From contig CBDCWG010000012.1 of NCBI GenBank assembly GCA_965223345.1, positions 416,001 through 480,000 on the forward strand: 64,000 bases of DNA. The letters are read 5' to 3'. Below the pieces are notes generated by a model that was not told where the DNA came from, searched no databases, and was given only the letters and a program-made list of their open reading frames with translations. Of this stretch, positions 60,504 through 64,000 are shown piece after piece; position 1 is the stretch's first letter, and every line of letters begins with the position of its first letter. The position numbers and the translations under genes are program-made. Origin of the DNA: Nitrospinales bacterium (GTDB lineage Bacteria; Nitrospinota; Nitrospinia; Nitrospinales; VA-1).

Positions 60504-63500
60504 CTACAAAGCGGTTCGCAAAAATTTGTCGATGAGTTTCCGGTAAAACGCCCGCACCTGTTTGGTGGTCGCGTCGTAATCCGCCACCAGGCGCTCGCCG
60601 ATGCGGTCCGCTTCCGAATCGCCGTAACCGAGAAGTTTCCCCAACGGCGCCAGGCCCTGCGCATCCTTTGGAAGGTGGTTGGTGGAGGGATCGTTCTGAA
60701 TGCGCAGCGCACATTCCAGGGTGCGCAGGAACAAATAATGCTTGCGGATCTGCTCCACCTCCTGCTGATCGAGCATGCCGTACGCGCCCAGCTGTTTGAG
60801 CACATCGAGAGTCGGCGTCAGGCGCAGCCCGTGGTTTTGCTTCCCGTGCATGAGCTGCATGATCTGCACGGCGAATTCGATGTCCACGATGCCGCCGAAA
60901 CCGAGCTTGACGTTTTTCCCCTTCCTGCTTTCCCGCGCCAGTTCTTTTTCCATCCGTTCGCGCAGGCGGGAGATTTCGATGAGCGACCCGTAATCGAGTT
61001 TTTCCCCGTACGTGAAAGCGTGCGCCTTGTCGAGGAACGTCTCGCCGAGTTTTTGGCTGCCGGCGATGAAGCGCAGCCGCAGCATGGCCTGCCGTTCCCA
61101 GATGCGGGCGCGGTTCTTGAAATAGTCCTCGTACCCCTGGACCGAATGCGCCAGGGTGCCGCGGCTGCCGTCGGGGCGCAGGTCGGTGTCCAGTTCGTAG
61201 GCGATCCCCGCCTCGGTCCTCTCGGCCGTGAGCTGATGGATCAACTGGCACCAGCCGACGTAATGATCCATGAGCTTTTCTTTGGGAAAGTCCGCATTCT
61301 GTTCTTCCGGCTCGTCGAACACGTAGACGATGTCGAGATCGGAACCGAAGTTGAGTTCGCCGCCTCCCAGTTTGCCGAGGCCGAAGATCGCGAAATCATC
61401 GGGCAAAGGCGCTTCACCACCGGATCGTTTCTGCAGCTCCTCGTACGCGAGTTGGGTTACGGTTTTGAGATAGACTTCCGCCAGCGCCGAAAGATCGTTG
61501 AGGGTTCCGGTCAGATCCGACTCGTGAATCAGAAAACGCAGCCCGATGCGCAGCTCCTCCCCCTGCTTGAAACGGCGCAGCGCGTTTTTGCAGGCGGTGA
61601 AATCCTGAACGCCGCGAAGGTTGCGGTTTAAATCCTCGGCGATTTTTTCGGGCGGTTTGTAACGGTAGATCGCTTCCAGGTCCATCAGCACATCGACGAG
61701 CCCGGGCTGTTTCACCAGGGTGTTGGACAGGTAGTCGCTGCTGCCGAACAGGATGAGAAACAGTTCGAGAACTTTATCATTGCTGCGGAACAGATTGAGA
61801 TAGGAATCGCGGGCCCGGCTCGCCTCGACGAACTTCACCAGGTTCTCGACAGCGGCGTTGGGCTTGGGGATGCGCTCGCAATGATCGAGGATGCGCGGCA
61901 GGCAGGCGTAAAAATCCTGAATGCTCTTCTCACTCGGGTGGGAAAACTGCGGCCCGTCGCGCAACGAATGCAGGAAGCGCAGCGCCTGTTTCGGCTCCGT
62001 GAAGCCGCGCTCGGACAAAAGTTCTTCGGACAGTTCCATGCGGACCGCGGAGGCGCTGCCCTCAACCTTCTGCTTGGCTTCGCGTTCTTCTTCATCCGCA
62101 AACAGGCCGGCGAACATCGTGCCCACCCTCTTGGTGTGCTGCTCAAACTGTTCGAGCAGAGCCTGTCCCTGCTCCTGCGGCGTGCCCGCATGCACGCCCA
62201 TCTTGCGCGCCAGCACCGCGAGTTTGCGCTCGTCCTCCGGCAGCATATGGGTCTGCAGGCCGAAGGAAATCTGCACGCGGTTTTCCAGGTTGCGAAGAAA
62301 GATGTAGGCGGCTTTCAGGTTGTCGTGATCCTCAGGGGACAGGTATTTTTCGTCGCGCAGTTTTTTCAGAAGGCCCAGGGTGTTCTTCACCCGCAGGCCG
62401 GGCTGGCGTCCGCCGAAAATCAGCAGGTAGGCCTGCACGATGAACTCGATTTCGCGGATGCCGCCGAAGCCGAGTTTGATGTTGCCCTTGCCGGATTTTT
62501 TCCCCTTGAGGCTGGCGTTGATCTTTTCCTTCATCGCCTTGATCTCTTCGATGGCGGAAAAATCCAGATGGCGCCGGTAAATGAAGGGTTCCAGCAGCGT
62601 GAAGAATTCCTTACCGAGCGCGATGCTGCCGGCGCAGATGCGCGCCTTCAACAACGCCTGGCGCTCCCAGGTGCGGCCCCAGGACTGGTAATATACTTCG
62701 CAGCTGGCGAGCGAGTTGGCGATCTCGCCGCTGCGGCCTTCGGGGCGCAGATCCAGATCGACGCGGAACACATTGCCCTCGGGGGTGATCTCGTGCAGGG
62801 CCTGGGTCAGTTTCTGCGCCAGCTTCGTGAAGTACTCGTGGTTGCTGAGCCGGATGCCGCCGTCTTCCCCGCCGGTCTCGGAGCGCGTTTCCCCCATGCT
62901 GGAGGTGTAGATGTAGATGAGATCGATGTCGGAGCTGAAGTTGAGTTCCTGCCCGCCCAGTTTGCCCATGCCTAAAATGGTGAATTCCGATTCCAGCCAG
63001 TTGCCCTCGGGATCCTGATACATGGGAGCGCCGTATTTCTGCTTGCACTCCTTGTCCGCCAGTTCGTAAGCGATCTGCAGGCAGACATCGGCGAGGTTGG
63101 AAATGTCGCGAACGGTTTCGAGCATCTCCGCCTTGCCGAGAAGGTCGCGCAGGCCGATGCGGATGTATTCCCGTTTCTTGAACCGGCGCAGGTGCGCGGG
63201 CGTCTGGGCGTCGAGCGTGTCCCCTCCCGCCATCTCGTAAAAATCCCGCATGAGCGCATCCTTCGAGCGGGATTCGTTCAGCACATCGGGATTCTTGAGC
63301 CAGTCGAAATGCCCCGGTTCCTTGAGCAGCGTGTCGGTGAGTACCTGGCTGCCGGAAAACAGGGTTACCAGCGCGTGCAGGAGATCCGGCGACTCGTTGA
63401 GCAGGATGTAAAAATAATTCTGATCGAAGATCTTTCCGGCGAAGCGTTCGAAATTGCTGAGGGCGAGATCGGCATCGTACGACTGCGCCAGTTTTTCCAG

Positions 63501-63680
63501 AAAGGCCGGAAAAAAACCAGAGAACAGAGCGGCAAAATCGAGCGGCTTCGCGAGCGTCAGCAACACGTTCCAGGCTTTTTTGGCATCGCCGAATCCGCAA
63601 GGCGCCAGCGCCTCTGCGAACCGGTCCTCCCAGGGCGTCTGCGAATAGAGCAAGGGCAATGGGTCGAGCTGCAGATTCAT
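60504..63680 (-). CDS. glnE: Bifunctional glutamine synthetase adenylyltransferase / adenylyl-removing enzyme
   Basis: Two nucleotidyltransferase domains (GMGKLGGQELNFSSDIDL; GLGKLGGGELNFGSDLDI), LRPEG/LRPDG, WERQA, KLGFGGI. Confidence 0.96.
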   Translation of the reverse strand: MNLQLDPLPLLYSQTPWEDRFAEALAPCGFGDAKKAWNVLLTLAKPLDFAALFSGFFPAFLEKLAQSYDADLALSNFERFAGKIFDQNYFYILLNESPDLLHALVTLFSGSQVLTDTLLKEPGHFDWLKNPDVLNESRSKDALMRDFYEMAGGDTLDAQTPAHLRRFKKREYIRIGLRDLLGKAEMLETVRDISNLADVCLQIAYELADKECKQKYGAPMYQDPEGNWLESEFTILGMGKLGGQELNFSSDIDLIYIYTSSMGETRSETGGEDGGIRLSNHEYFTKLAQKLTQALHEITPEGNVFRVDLDLRPEGRSGEIANSLASCEVYYQSWGRTWERQALLKARICAGSIALGKEFFTLLEPFIYRRHLDFSAIEEIKAMKEKINASLKGKKSGKGNIKLGFGGIREIEFIVQAYLLIFGGRQPGLRVKNTLGLLKKLRDEKYLSPEDHDNLKAAYIFLRNLENRVQISFGLQTHMLPEDERKLAVLARKMGVHAGTPQEQGQALLEQFEQHTKRVGTMFAGLFADEEEREAKQKVEGSASAVRMELSEELLSERGFTEPKQALRFLHSLRDGPQFSHPSEKSIQDFYACLPRILDHCERIPKPNAAVENLVKFVEASRARDSYLNLFRSNDKVLELFLILFGSSDYLSNTLVKQPGLVDVLMDLEAIYRYKPPEKIAEDLNRNLRGVQDFTACKNALRRFKQGEELRIGLRFLIHESDLTGTLNDLSALAEVYLKTVTQLAYEELQKRSGGEAPLPDDFAIFGLGKLGGGELNFGSDLDIVYVFDEPEEQNADFPKEKLMDHYVGWCQLIHQLTAERTEAGIAYELDTDLRPDGSRGTLAHSVQGYEDYFKNRARIWERQAMLRLRFIAGSQKLGETFLDKAHAFTYGEKLDYGSLIEISRLRERMEKELARESRKGKNVKLGFGGIVDIEFAVQIMQLMHGKQNHGLRLTPTLDVLKQLGAYGMLDQQEVEQIRKHYLFLRTLECALRIQNDPSTNHLPKDAQGLAPLGKLLGYGDSEADRIGERLVADYDATTKQVRAFYRKLIDKFLRTAL

Positions 63681-64000
63681 GGTTTCCCCTCGGCGAGTTC
63701 ACCGGCAAACACGGTCACCGCCTGCCCGGAAAGAAGAATGCGATTTTCCCGCACGGCCACTTTCACGATTCCGCCCCGCCGGGAAGCCTGGAAGCCCGTC
63801 AACGCGGTCTTTCCCAACCGCTCACTCCAGAACGGTCCCAGGCTGCAATGGGCGGAACCGGTGACCGGGTCTTCGTCGATGCCCGCGGCGGGCGCAAAAA
63901 AGCGCGAGACGAAATCGATTCCGGTTTTGAGGGAAGCGGCGGTCACCATGACGCCGCGCACGGGAAACGCGCGCAGGGCGGTGAAATCCGGTTTCAGTTG
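63677..64000 (-). CDS. PhzF family epimerase/isomerase, C-terminal part (truncated by the window edge)
   Basis: SRFFAPAAGIDEDPVTGSAHC and QASRRGG motifs; ATGA overlap with glnE. Confidence 0.92.
   Translation of the reverse strand, partial: QLKPDFTALRAFPVRGVMVTAASLKTGIDFVSRFFAPAAGIDEDPVTGSAHCSLGPFWSERLGKTALTGFQASRRGGIVKVAVRENRILLSGQAVTVFAGELAEGKP

Overview
GC-rich bacterial chromosomal window, mostly core genes. The gene set (squalene-hopene cyclase, 28-aa LRR and 42-aa TPR proteins, rplM-rpsI-argC-argJ, lysC-cimA, sigma54 system) is consistent with a Nitrospina/Nitrospinota-like organism; this is an inference and was not verified. In order: partial LRR protein; TPR lipoprotein with a degenerate alpha/beta-hydrolase domain; a minus-strand sugar-modification operon (dehydratase, WbqC, two radical SAM/SPASM enzymes, GT2, methyltransferase); elbB; nadE; two hypotheticals; a two-partner secretion pair (TpsB/TpsA) behind a consensus sigma54 promoter; three small ORFs; an enlarged phosphohexomutase plus a GlmU-like acetyltransferase; tRNA-Leu(TAG)-tig-clpP-clpX-lon; a structured ~103-bp tandem repeat; two lipoproteins; shc; rplM-rpsI-argC-argJ; def-fmt-UXS-radC; gmhA-hldE/hldD; YjgN-M48; a sigma54 activator followed by a sigma54 promoter, DUF4912 and GH57; an ApgM-like protein missing its catalytic residues and coupled to lysC-cimA; a Cache/heme-PAS/GAF histidine kinase; glnE; partial PhzF. 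No CRISPR array, transposase, integrase or prophage was seen. Best leads: the ApgM pseudoenzyme coupled to aspartate kinase, the stop-codon-anchored structured repeat family, a candidate local sigma54 circuit (activator, enhancer-like sites, glycogen module, heme-PAS kinase), the two-radical-SAM glycan operon and the mutase with a winged-helix-like tail. All annotation is by eye; no searches were run.
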